Assembly (NCBI RefSeq): GCF_009914755.1
Contig: NC_060926.1
Origin: the human T2T-CHM13v2.0 reference genome, Homo sapiens
DNA: 64,000 bases
Direction: 5' to 3' (one strand)
Below the pieces are notes generated by a model. That model saw nothing but the letters and a program-made list of their open reading frames with translations, was not told where the DNA came from and searched no databases. Below, in pieces: positions 32,594 through 48,506 of the stretch (positions are counted from its first letter, which is position 1; each line of letters begins with the position of its first letter). A program made the position numbers and the translations under genes.

Positions 32594-32990
32594 AACATAA
32601 AAGCTTTTAAACTGAAAGGATCCACATATATACCATATGGCTTGAGTAGTATTCCCATGTAGACACGTACTAAATATGAAACCTTTCTGGCCCCCCGACA
32701 CAACCCAGAGTGAGCTTCCCTGGCCTATTGCTCCGTGGATCACCAGGCTAAAAGAAAAAGCATGTGCATTTTACATGGCAGGAGTCAAGGTTACTGATGA
32801 GGTGAACAACTTAAAACCAGTCATTTAAGTATCAAGAAGTGGGTGACTATTCATCAAAAAAATGATTTAGAAAATTTGCTAACTCATTAGCAATTGCTCA
32901 CAGTATCTGTAAGCATGAAATACAAGCACCAAGTCATATACTCCTCTCTTAACTCTATCATGTTTTAAAAATTAATAATGACAATAATCA

Positions 32991-33314
<324 letters not shown>

Positions 33315-33738
33315 CTAATGAAAGACTAGGTCTATACCAGGGTTAAGGCTCACTGCTAATACATTGAAGGAAGAATTAAATTAGTTGGATCTACTCTGCC
33401 TTAACATGCTTTCACAGTTATATACTTCTGTCTTCTTAATTGAAAACTTGACTGGTTTTACAGCAAAAACAAAAAATAATATCCCTAAGACCAGTATGAA
33501 CTGATAGCTTTAACATTATCTGTTTTAAGGAAATATCAATTGTGAGCAAAGGCTTGCTACAATAATAAAAACCTGTTAAACAATGATGCCCATACTTCAA
33601 AGGAAATGTTATACACCTCTAAATATCTGTTCCAGAATAAATAGAATCCAATTAACAATGAAAGGGCAAGGAAATAAAAAACACAACAACGTATCTAACA
33701 AAAAAGAGAATGGAAAGAATATTCTGTAAAAATAAAAA

Positions 33739-33739
<1 letters not shown>

Positions 33740-33781
<42 letters not shown>
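33740..33781. repeat. (CA)21 microsatellite
   Basis: Perfect CA run. Confidence 0.97.
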
Positions 33782-33783
<2 letters not shown>

Positions 33784-33953
33784 TATAAACCCTTGCATCC
33801 TCTTTCATTTCCTGCACAGATGATGGCTATTAGAATGTTCCTACTTTTAAGACTTAATTCCACTACTCCAACAATTGAAAAATGTGAATACTCAACAACC
33901 ACAGAGAAGTACGTTGTCATTAAGCTAAACAATACACTCCAAAATAAAGTCTA

Positions 33954-34260
<307 letters not shown>

Positions 34261-35136
34261 AAAAATAAAGTCTATGAATGTGTTTCATTTTTCATGGACA
34301 CTTTCCTACTTGAAACCACAATTAATTAAATTAACACTTAACCAATCTTATATGATGTTACTTTTAAAGCTCCTTCACTTCTTACACCTTTTCAAGTTAT
34401 TCTTCGCAAATTGGACTTTTCCAGTCCTATATCATTGAGTACTGAAATGTGTAGAAATGGGATATATGTCTGGAAACTGTCAATGAATGTGAAATTCTCA
34501 AAAAACTGAACCTAATAATTTCAACTGAGCTTCAGTGATATTCCTGGGGGCGTACACCTCTCACAGGGGCACATAGCAATCAATGGAAGTTGTTTTATGG
34601 TTTAAGATTGTGGCTACTGCATTCCATAGCTATCGCTGCCTACCTACCTTTACCATAATTAAAAATCCATCCAAAAATACACCAGAAGAAAAGTTCAGGG
34701 AAATACAATTTAACAATTTTAAACTAAATAATACCAATTTTAGTGACAGCAGGTTTATCACTTCTGTGTTGACATAATGTGGAAGGAAAAACAAAATGAT
34801 AGAAAAATAGTGAAAACAAATGAATCCTCCACTGATTCTAACATGACTTTAAAAGGATTAAACAGTTCATATCAAGTATGGCCTAAGAGCACAACCCCCT
34901 AAAAGAAAGAACCAACATGTATGCAACTAGATGGAGGTCTTATAACCATTGGGGTTGGCAACTCTTAAGGACATGGATCTTATACAGCATAATCAAAATT
35001 ATCATCAATACCAATAAAACATCTGGGATGTTCCTAAAAATAACTTACACTAAACTGAAGATGACAACAAAAAGCCAAAACCATAACCAAAACCTGATTT
35101 ATCCTCTGATCTATGAGGAGAAACCAACTCCTAGAG

Positions 35137-36084
<948 letters not shown>

Positions 36085-36094
36085 TATCACAGAT

Positions 36095-36436
36095 CAGGGT
36101 TTGGCAGGAAAACGTTCTCTTTCAAGGGAGAGATAGCAATTATTTTGGGCTTTACAGGCATATGGTCTCTACTGCAACTACTCAACTCTAGCACTGTAGC
36201 TGGAAAGTATCCATAGAAAGTAAGACTAATACAAACAAATGAACATGACTGTATACCAATAAAACATTATGGACACTGAAATTTGATCTGCATTTAATTT
36301 TCACATCACAAAATATTCTCTTTTAAAATGTTTTCAGCCACGTAAAATATAAAACCCATTCTTAAGAGTACACAGGTAGTATAAAAACAAGCAGGAGCGT
36401 GGATTTGGCCCTTGGGCAGTAGTTTGCTAATTTCTG
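36095..36436. mobile_element. MER58B-like hAT MITE
   Basis: cagggtttggca...ggatttggcccttgggcagtagtttgct. Confidence 0.7.
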
Positions 36437-36552
36437 ATAGGAATGGAAACAGAAGCCTATAGTGCTTTAGGGAGTCACAAGAAGCTAATGTGTTGAAATC
36501 AACTGGCCCACAGACAGGTACCGAGTTCTGGAACTGTGAAAACTGATAGAGG

Positions 36553-36858
36553 GGCCAGATACCCTGGCTCACACCTGTAATCCCAGCACTTTGGGAGGCC
36601 AAGATGGGCGGATCACCTGAGGTCAGGAGTTTGAGAACAGCCTGGCCAGCATGGTGAAACGCTGTTTCTACTAAAAATACAAAAATTAGCCGGGCGCGGT
36701 GGTGTGCACCTGCAGTCCCAGATACGTGGGAGGCTGAAGCACAAGAATCACTTGAACTCGGGAGGCAGAGGTTGCAGTGAACCAAGTTCACGTCGCTGCA
36801 CTCCAGCATGAGCGACAAGAGCGAGACTCCGTCTCAAAACAAACAAACAAACAAACAA
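36553..36858 (+). mobile_element. AluS with (AAAC)n tail
   Basis: TSD aaaactgatagagg. Confidence 0.93.
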
Positions 36859-36982
36859 AAAACTGATAGAGGGGAGAGTAAGAAGTTTTGATAAGATAGA
36901 AGAAAATCTTCTGCAGTCTCATGGTGCTCAGAAGCCAACATCTCAACAGAGAGAGTAGGCGTCAAAGACACACAGCTGGTAC

Positions 36983-37085
36983 CTGAACTCCCAAGATAAT
37001 CTGCCACATTTTGAGACTGCTCAACTATTCAAATCTGAACTCCCAAGATACTTGCCACATTTTGAGACTGCTCAACTATTCAAAT
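36983..37085. repeat. Tandem duplication, 52 + 51 nt
   Basis: ctgaactcccaagata...ctcaactattcaaat twice. Confidence 0.95.
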
Positions 37086-37160
37086 CTGAGGAGACATAGA
37101 TTTGCAAAGTTGTCAATCAAAATTCTAGGAGGGCCACAACAAAGAAAACAGTGACTAGCA

Positions 37161-37220
37161 AGAGGTGAAATGAGTCATACCAAAATTACCAGAGGTGAAA
37201 TTAGTCATACCAAAATTACA
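37161..37220. repeat. Tandem duplication, 2 x 30 nt
   Basis: agaggtgaaat(g/t)agtcataccaaaattac twice. Confidence 0.95.
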
Positions 37221-38086
37221 ACTCTGGTTAAAACAAGCTCAAGTCCTGATTAAAGTTAGAGTGATCAGCTCTGGACCCTTTATTTTTGGTAGAGAAAAAA
37301 GAAAGCTAGCACTAGCAGAAAATATCATTTTGGGCCACTTTAGTTCTTTTATACAAAACGTCTGTCACATAACCAAACAATTACTAGACTTATAAAGAGG
37401 CAGGAATATGGGACTGAGAATTAAGTGGGGGAAAAAAAGACAATAAAAGCAGACCAATACTTCTAGAATGAAAAGACAAATGTTTTATAAAGTATTAAAA
37501 ATACAAGCAAAGATGGACAAAATTGATTAAGAATATACACATTTTCAACAGATGATTGGCATCTATAAAGAGAATCAAAAAACTATTCAGAACTGAAAAA
37601 CGTATCTGAAATTAAGAACTCATTGACGGGTTTAACAAAAGATTGAAGACAGCAGAAAAAAGAACTAGTGAATTTAAAAACTGATCAATAGGAAGTTTTC
37701 CAACTAGGCAAAGAGAAAAAATTCTGAAAACAAAACCAAAAATAAAACAGAGCCAGAGAGACATGCTGGATGCAGTGTAAAGTTTAAATGTGTATGATCC
37801 TGATACTCTCCAAAAGGAAAGGAAGGAGAAAATCTGATGATGAGATAAGAGAAACAATACTAGAAGAAATAATGACCAAGAATTTTCTAAAACTGAAGAT
37901 ATCAACTCACATATTCAAAAGTTCAGTGAAGGGCAAGCACATTAAGGGTCAAGGAAACATCACTTAAACCCTATATAGTCAAGCTATTAAAAAATAAGTG
38001 GTTTTTACATTTTTTTTGAGACAGGGTCCCATGCTGGATTGCAGTAGCCCGATCTCGGCTAACTGCAACCTCTGCTTCCTAGGCTT

Positions 38087-38438
<352 letters not shown>

Positions 38439-40111
38439 TTAGAAACTGAAGCGGGAGGATCACTTGAGGCCAAGGGTCTGCGACTAGCCTGCGCAACATG
38501 GCGAGATGGCATCTCATTAATTCATTCATAAATTAATAAAGACACATCAAGGATTTCTCAAACACAGAAAGAAATCATTATTAATAGTCTGACACTATGT
38601 TAAAAAAAAAAGTTCTTTAGGCTAGAAGGAAACAATCCTTTAAAGAAAAAAGAAACTGCAAGAAGAAACTAAGAGCACTGCAAAGGTTAAGCATGTTGGC
38701 AAACATAAAAGAAAACAGATATTCTAAGTAACGTCCTATCAAGTTTATAACACGTATATATAGGTAAAACAAATTAAATACAACAAACATAAAGGAGGGC
38801 AGGAGGTAAAAAGTGTTAATAAACTGTTGTAAGGTTCTTGTACTGTTTGAGATATGATAAAGTATTAATTTAAGGTATGCTATAATAAACCAATGAATTT
38901 GCATTATACTCTCTAGGGTACCACTAAAAGAAATATACGAAGATACATATAACTAAAAAAAGTTAATATTAGAGAAACAATGAATTTTGGTAAAAATTCC
39001 AAAGCTTGATACCATACTACTGTCATTCACACATGACTGGTGGAAACGCAAAATGGTGCAACTCCAAATGGGGGGGAGTTTGCAACACCTACAAAAACAT
39101 CGTATGCATTTACACCCATTTAAGCAGCAAACCTGCTTCTAGAAATCTATCCAAAAGATAATGCTTGAAAAAATACGAAAGCTACATTTCACTGAAGCCT
39201 TGCCAATAGAAAAAAAAACTGAAAACTCAAATGTCCAACAGGGGACTATATAAATAAACTATGTATACCCACACAATGGAGTAACGTGGCAGCTTTACAA
39301 AGGCCTATCAGTTGAACATGCAACATGCATGTGGCAGCTATGAAGAGTGAACACGAAGAGTGAACACCAAAATATAGTGTCAAAAGCAAAGTAAAGTGTA
39401 TAAAGTTTGCTACTCTTAACTGAGAAAGGCATTCCCATGGACAATATAGATATTTATGGATTTTTTAAAGTAAATAACAGAAGGACAAGGCATAAAATTT
39501 AAAAGATTATTTATGTGAGAGGAAGAAGCAGGGAAAATGGAAAGCAAAAGAAGATAAGATTTTTCTAAATATATGTTGTTTGTAGATTTGACTTTTAGAA
39601 CTATGTAAATATTACATAATTATAAAAGCAAAACATAAATTTTAAAAAGCAGTCCCTAAAAATCAGAAGCAAAATGAAGTAAATGAAACAATCCAACTTG
39701 GTGGCATAAACAAAGAGATGGATTTCAAATGACTTTAAAACACATTAATTTTAACACAAAGTAAAAAATATCCCAGGAACAGAAAGAACTGTAAAAACAC
39801 TTTTTAACTTTTTTAATAATAATACTTTCAGCAGCAACTTGAAATCTCGTACTGTGGGATAAAGCAAATGAGTCACTATATTATAATTATTGGGAATTAG
39901 GACACTCACCATTGGAGAAAGGAGACATAACATCAATGAAGTTAAATAAAAACCCTGTAGACCTAAATATGAATTGGTGGTATCAGCATCAACTTTTAAA
40001 AGTCTAGAAATAATGGTCAACCCAGTAGAAATGAATATGCCAGACTGTGGTCTCCAAATACAAAATAAACCAAGGATCTATGGGGAAATGAACAATTTCA
40101 GGTATGGGGAG

Positions 40112-40463
40112 TGTATTAGTCCATTCTCACACTTCTATGAAGAAATATCCAAGACTGGATAATTTATAAAGAAAACAGGTTGAATTGACTCACAGTTTGG
40201 CATGGCTGGGGAGGCCTCAGGAAACTTACCATCAGTGGAAGGCACTTCCTCACAGGGCAGCAGAAAAAAGAATGAGTGCCAACAGGGGAAATGCCAAATG
40301 CTTATAAAACCATCGGATCTAGTGAGAACTCACTATCAGGAGAACAGCATGGGGGAAAACACCCCCATGATTCAATTACCTCCCACTGTGTCCCTCCCAG
40401 TGGGGATTATGGGGATTGCAATTCAAGATGAGATTTGGGTGGGTACATAGCCAAATCATAGCA
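40112..40463 (-). mobile_element. THE1 (ERVL-MaLR) solo LTR
   Basis: TG...CA termini, 352 bp, 5-bp TSD GGGAG on both sides, THE1-like sequence. Confidence 0.92.
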
Positions 40464-41693
40464 GGGAGAAAAAAATAAGTCAACTGAGTTTGGCACATCT
40501 TGTCATACCAGAAAATAAGAGGCTATCAAAAATTACTAAGGTTATGGCCAAAAGATTCAGAAGCCAAACTCAAAAAGATCCCATCATCCAATGCTGGGAC
40601 AATTCAAGTATCAGTGAAAATCACTGAAATGTTTAATACACATCTCAACCCACTGCTTACAATTATACTTAAAAACAAACATGTTAAAAAGCAAAACAAA
40701 AATATAACAATGGCACCTTTGGAGGACATAAAAATTACTCCTTTTATTAACCAGTAAAGAGTGAAAAATAATTTTTCCTGTATCAACTATTGTCCTAGGC
40801 AATCAAATAGAAGGTGAGAAGAAGATATCCTTTATATATTTCTACTAAATTATTAATACTTTCTTTACTTCTCATAAATGAAAAGTGATTATTAGTTCTA
40901 AAATACTACCATTTTGTAACCCCTATTACATAGGTACTTAGTTTCAACAGCTTGTTAAAATACAGACACTATGTACTTCCTAAGAACACACTATGACTTT
41001 TCAATAGGCTTTCTTTACCAAGAAAAGAAGATAAAGGCTCGAAACTCAATCTGAAGAGGTCTCTAGATCCAACAACCAGTTTGCAAGAAATAAATTATGA
41101 TATTGAGATAATGAAACTTTGACATCTATTGGGTATCTATTATTAAGAAATTACTGTTTTATTTTTTAAGTGTGATAAAGTGACTGTGTGTTTTGAGGAG
41201 CATTATCTTGAACTACATGATGAAATTTTATAGATTAAAATTAGGTGTCACTTAACAAATGGGATATGTTCTGAGAAATGCTTTCTTGACCTATTTTGTC
41301 ATGTAAACATCATAGAGTATACCTAAACCAAGATGGTACAGCCTACTACACACCTAGGCTGTCTAGTTTAGCCCATTGCTCCTAGGCTAGAAACCTGTAC
41401 AGCATGTTACTTTACTGAATACTATAGGCAGTTGTAATGCGTATTTGTATATGTTAATATATCTACAAATAGAAGAAGTAGAGTAAAAATATGATATAAA
41501 AGATTAAAAAATGGTACGTCTGTATAGGGCACTTACCATGAATGGAGTTTACCAGGAATGGAAGTTTCTCTGGGTGAGTGAGTGAATGGTGAGTGAGTGT
41601 GAAAGCCTAGACTATATATTACTATCAATTTTGTAAACTGTATATTTATGTATACTAAATTTTTAAGAAATATCTTTCTTAAAGAAATTAACT

Positions 41694-42028
<335 letters not shown>

Positions 42029-42430
42029 TTACTTCATAAACTTTTGTTAACTATTTTGTAGTATTAACTAGCTTAAAACACAAACACAATGAACAGCTGT
42101 ACAAAAACATTTTCTTTCTTTATATCCATAGAGTATAAGCTTTTTCCTATTTTGAAAATTATTATTATTATTATTATTTTGGTTATTAAACTGTCTTTTA
42201 AAACACTCAGACACAAACACGAACATTAACCTAGGCCTGCACGGGATGAAGATCATCGGTATCATTACGTTCTACCTCCACATCTTATGTCCCACTGGAA
42301 GGTCTTCAGGGGTGATGACAGGCATGAAGCTGTCATCTCCTATGACAACAATGCTTTCTTCTGGAATACCTACTACTGAGGGTTACAGTTAATGTTCTTC
42401 TTTAGTATATAGAAGGAATACATTCTAAAT

Positions 42431-42640
42431 CAAGCTTGTTCAATGCATGGCCCAGGATGGCTTTGAATGCAGCCCAACAAAAATTCGTAAAGTTTCTTAA
42501 AATATTGTAAGATTTTTTTTTAAGCTCAACAGCTATCATTAGTGTTATTATAGTTAGGGTTACCGTATTTTATGTGTGGCCCAAGACAATTCTTCTTCTT
42601 CCAATGTGGCCCAGGGAAGCAAAAAGACTGGACTCCCCTG
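42431..42640 (+). mobile_element. MER30
   Basis: Paralogue of 8441-8651; 8-bp TSD-like (t/c)tctaaat. Confidence 0.85.
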
Positions 42641-43098
42641 GCTCTAAATGATAAAAGTATGGTTTAAAAATCTGTACTGTATATTAGCTAGATGATGAGC
42701 ATTTTTCAGCTCCATTATAATCTTGTGGGACTAATGTAGTGTGTGTGAACTGTTGTTGAATGAAACATCATCATGCAGCACATGACTGTATATAATGCCT
42801 GGGATTCATTTCAAACTAATATGGGAAGAAGGATTAGAATGAGGCTAGAAATAAAGATTAAATATGAAGTAGGCACTGTTGAAGCTGGGTCATGGGCACA
42901 AAGAGGTGTGGCATTGTTTTTGACTCTAGTGCTAGTCTACGGTTTATATTAAGTTCATGTGTAAAGGTTGATGGTAAATACAGGTTTCAGATACTTTAAA
43001 ATCAATACCCTTAGGGACCCCCTGCAACAGTGATTTGTTTTTTTTTTTTTCCTTTCCAGGCTTCTCCCCAGTGATAAATAAAATCAAATTTCTCTTAA

Positions 43099-43484
<386 letters not shown>

Positions 43485-43881
43485 GTACACATGAAAACCA
43501 ACATCCTTATGTCCAAATATTTAAAGTTATAAAAAATTCAGCTAGCAAACTGTTTAATATTTTATCCTCTCACCTTGACAAATACATCATTATGACAAAC
43601 TCAAGATTCAAATCTATGCAAAACATGCCATCAGGTGCCATAATTATCAATGTAATTGTTTGAGATTCTTTATTCTTATTTTGTTCAAACAGAATCAATC
43701 TCGCTACAAAATCTGGATAATTCAGCAATGAAAGCTGTATTTAAGGTGTGATTGTACACAGCCTTATTTTTAAAAATGGGTTAAAGTTGATGAAAAACTT
43801 CTTAATACTTACATCAATAGGTTACAAGTAACAATAGCAGTTGGCTAATTATTGAGGGATTTCAGGGAAGGAACATTTTTA

Positions 43882-44040
<159 letters not shown>

Positions 44041-44266
44041 CTAAAAATTTCAAGTAACTGATTCATCTCGCTTAACTGATTCAGTCAATGTTACTTTGCT
44101 TTCTGGACTTTTAAGAGAAGCTACAAACTTTCAAGACCACCCTAATATATTAAATCAGTGCCAGCAGGAATGTGTAAATATTTCAAGAAAAATCTAAGGT
44201 AAATATTTTGATATTTTGAAGAGCTAATATGTTAAGCACCCTTGCTCTGTTTTCTGTATGACATTA

Positions 44267-44689
<423 letters not shown>

Positions 44690-44952
44690 CTAGAGATACT
44701 TGTATGTTCCCTCAGGAATTTAAAAGCAATAAAAAATGATTTATAAATAATACATTTATTGTAAGCCTCACACTGAGATCTGTTATAAATCAAATGAGAT
44801 AAAAATACATACCCATCCATACATAGTATTAGGCTGCTTTTGTAAAAGCATTTGTAACATTAAAAAAACCCTACAATTTGTGTATACACTATACATTCAT
44901 TTTGAAACATGATCAAGAAGACAAAAAACCATGGCCAAACGCCTTATTAAAA

Positions 44953-45092
44953 CCCATTTATGCTGCAGGTTGCAATTTTTTGAATTTTTGCATGAGTGAA
45001 AAGTCCGACCTTGGTGATGGCCTTGAGCAGTAGGATATAAATAACTCCCACATTCTTAGTGTTCCAATAATGGAACACTAGGCCTAAGTGGG
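44953..45092 (-). mobile_element. MER85 (piggyBac MITE derived from PGBD3)
   Basis: 140 bp; termini cccatttatgc / ggcctaagtggg; TTAA at 45093; internal GTTCCATTATTGGAAC palindrome. Confidence 0.9.
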
Positions 45093-45449
45093 TTAAATGC
45101 ATTCATAATGCTACTGGATACCAGACAAAAATATATTAAGGTACCCATTTTTCAAGATTTTTAACTTATTTATTACTGAAACCAGCTACACATGCAACCA
45201 CAATTTAAAAATTTTAAACAAAAATAAATATGTAAGGCTTCATCTAGTGAAACAGTAAACACGAAGAGGCGGACAGCTCATCTTCCAATTCCAAATCATG
45301 AAATTGCTACTAAAAATTTTTTTTTCTTGGAGGTGCAGGCACTGCTAGATTATGGTCAAATGAATTTAACTAAATTAATTTCAATAAAGAATGGTATTAA
45401 CAGGTAGCTCATGGTAATGGTTTCTTATAGGCTCAATAACTGTTTTTAC

Positions 45450-45533
45450 CTTGCAAACGTCCCATCTCGGAATCATCTGATTCACTCTCCCCAGAGGTGG
45501 TCATGCCAACAGCCCCTGCAACAGAACTAGAGG
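45450..45533 (-). CDS. TRIP12: TRIP12 exon, (ASSSVA)[22 protein letters not shown]; alternative acceptor at 45515
   Basis: ccccaag|CC or gttgcag|GG; donor AAG|gtaaaa; 84 or 66 nt. Confidence 0.93.
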
Positions 45534-46086
45534 CTTGGGGTGGAGGGGAAAGATGAGGGTTAGGAGGAGCACTTAAACACATTATGTCTGGCTTACCTTA
45601 GAAAAACCAAAGTTTTGCGGACTACAATTGAATAAAGGCAATTAAACTTGTCTTGCTACTGTACACTCAGCTGTTCTTCTAGACTTTATCCTGTAGCTTT
45701 TAGGAATGAAAGGAGAGCTCAACTATTTTAGTATTAAAAAGGTTGTATTTTTATGCTTGTTTTTCATTTATATGTGGCTTTTGACAAATTTCTTGTGCCG
45801 TTGAAACTGTTCTTTAATTAAGATGTCCTGAATCCCTCTTCTGAAAGTCAATAAAGAACATACTGCTGTAACAATTGTGATTATTTAACAGATGGCCAAT
45901 TAGTAACAAAAATAATAAAAAGGCAAAATAGACATTTGGGGGAAATGTTGTATGTAGACGTCTGCCTTCTAAGTCTGCTTTATTTCCGGACTACAGTCTT
46001 GATACAATCATTTATCTGTTTTCATTAACTTCAAGAGTGCAAAAAGATATTACAACTAACAGATGACTGCTATGAAGCATGAAGGA

Positions 46087-46336
46087 GGTTGGGCATGGTG
46101 GCTCACTCCTGTAATACCAACACTTTGCGGACCATGGCAGAAGGATCATTTAAGCTCAGGGGTTCAAGACCAACCCGGGCAATATAGTGAGACTTGTAGT
46201 CCCAGCTACTGAGTTGGGCATGCCTGAGTCGAGAGCACTGCTTGGGCCCAGGAGGTAGAGGCTGCAGTGTGCCGTGATCGTGCCACTGCACTCCAGCCTG
46301 AGCGGCAGGGCCAGACTCTGTCTCAAAACAAAAACA
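46087..46336 (+). mobile_element. AluJ with internal deletion
   Basis: Left arm joined directly to tgtagtcccagctac. Confidence 0.85.
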
Positions 46337-46891
46337 AGAAGTATGAAAGACAGGGCAACTAAAGTGTCAAAACTAGTGTGAAATGAAGAGTTAAGACTCA
46401 GGATACTATTAATCGAAATACTAACCTGACCAACAATGACAAAAAAACAGTCTAAGCTAATGGAGGTAGAGTCTATTATAAATCTGAACAGGAAGTAAAA
46501 CCATATTCCTGCAAAACTAGCAGTTAATTGTGCCTCTATGTGTCTGCTGAGGTCAAAGGTTTTTTTTTTTTGTTTTTTGGGTTTTTTTTTTTTTTTTTAA
46601 CACAGATGATTGATCTACATAAGCTCTTCCACAATACCTTAAGCCCTATATACTGCACAGATTGTGACAGAATGCAAGCCAGGAAGAATATTTTTGTCAT
46701 AATTGTTAAAGAGGCATGTGTGAATAACATATGCGAGTTTAAAGAGCTTGTCTGAAGAAAAAGATGCCAAAATACCAGCCACTGACTGTATTTTCATATT
46801 ACCATTCTCTTCACACACCATTAAGTATTTTCTATGTAACTTCATTATTGGGATTAAAAAAAAAATTCTTAGAAAAGCTTATGGTTTAAAA

Positions 46892-47097
46892 CAGGGTCAG
46901 CAAAATATGGCCCAAAGGCCAAATCCAGTCCACCACATGGTTTTGTAAATAAAAATTTTATTAGAACATAGCTGTACTCATTCATTTACAAGTCTGTGGC
47001 CGCTTTCACGCTATAATTACAGAATTGAGTACTTGCAACAGAGACTACATAAAGCATAAAACATTTACTATCTGGCCTTTTACAAAAGTGTTGGTAA
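46892..47097. mobile_element. MER58A-like
   Basis: cagggtcagcaaaatatggcccaaaggccaaatccagtcc... Confidence 0.75.
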
Positions 47098-47981
47098 CTC
47101 CCCCACCACTCTGAAAAGTTTAGAGCCATAGAGAGACAGATTAACCAGAAATACTGAAGTTGTATAAAGGCTGGGCAAAACCCACACTTCTGGTAAAGAA
47201 AAAGGAAATTAACCAATAACTACACACTATAATGCTACTTACAGGTAGGCAGCATTTATGAAAACGCTTACCATACAACACAGGCATTGTCTAAGTTTCC
47301 TCATAACTGTACAAAAGGTATTATAATCATCATGCACATAAGGAAACTAAGGTTTTGTGACTTTGAGCATACTTGGCCAAGGTCAGATAGCTAGTTATGG
47401 CTGAGAGATCTGAACTCAGGAAGTCTGACTTCACAGGTTGTACCCTTAGAAACTGTATGACTCAAATATATTCTTTAGCAGTGATTTTTAATTCAAATAC
47501 AGTTGCTTCTTCACATTATACAGAAATGCTGTTAACGAATACTGTTACTAGGTACAATAATAACTGAAATGGCTCTTAAACTTATCTTAAGACTATTCCA
47601 TCTATGTAGGAAGCAAATACCGAGTTTTAACAAATGAAATAGTGGGTATTTTTTAAAACACACTCTGGAGCCCATACATTAAAAAACAAACACACAGAAA
47701 TCTAACCTGTTAGAGTACTGCTGGGTTTTTAAGTTTATTTATCAGAGAATCTACTTGATTTTACTTTAAAATGTTCTCCAGACCTACAACCATTAAAGGT
47801 TTCTACCTAACATTACTTCTTAAATATTTTATTCTAACGACTTTCATAATGAATATCTCAAACTGCACTGCCACAAAGACATCAATTAATCAAAACATAA
47901 AACCTATAGAAGAACATAATTAAAAGAGATGCTAAGGTTCTATTATAGCAGGGTCCCAACCTTTGGGGAGCCACAGAATCT

Positions 47982-48275
47982 TTTTTATTTTTATTTTTTT
48001 GAGACAGGGTCTTGCTCTCTTGCCCAAGCTGAAGTGCAATGGTGCAATTTACAGCTCACTGCAACTTCCGCCTCCAGGGCTCAAGCGATCCTCCTGCCTC
48101 CGCCTCCTGAGTAGCTGGTACCACAGGTACATGCCACCAAGTCTGGCTAAGTTTTGTATTTTTTTGTAGAGACAGGGTTTCACCATGTTGCCCAGGCTGA
48201 TCTCAGACTCCTGAACTCAAGTGATCCACCTGCCTCGGCCTCTGAATGTTGGAGTTACAGGTGTGAGCTACTGCC
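47982..48275 (-). mobile_element. AluJ
   Basis: Antisense Alu with gagacagggtcttgctct. Confidence 0.88.
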
Positions 48276-48451
48276 AGAAGTCTGATTATCAGTAGAGGGT
48301 AGGGTGCTGGTTTTGACAGAAATTGGAAACTAATTGTGAAGAAAAGGATTCTTTTGCCATACCTCTGATAGCAAGTATTAAGCTTTTGTTCCCTTTTATG
48401 AAGTAGTTTAGGTTATCTAAAGTGGGAGTTTAGATATGAGTTATGAGTTAT

Positions 48452-48506
48452 CTAATTTTGTAAAACATATATAAAAACTATTTTTGTATATGTTTTACAA
48501 AATTAG
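48452..48506. repeat. AT-rich inverted repeat (26-bp arms, 1 mismatch, 3-nt loop)
   Basis: ctaattttgtaaaacatatataaaaa-cta-tttttgtatatgttttacaaaattag. Confidence 0.95.

Noticed and set aside
36306-36818. Longest ORF-track entry (170 aa) and similar ORFs such as 1111, 27184, 33793, 54152
   Set aside because: They translate Alu sequence ([14 protein letters not shown] motifs), a well-known source of spurious ORFs.
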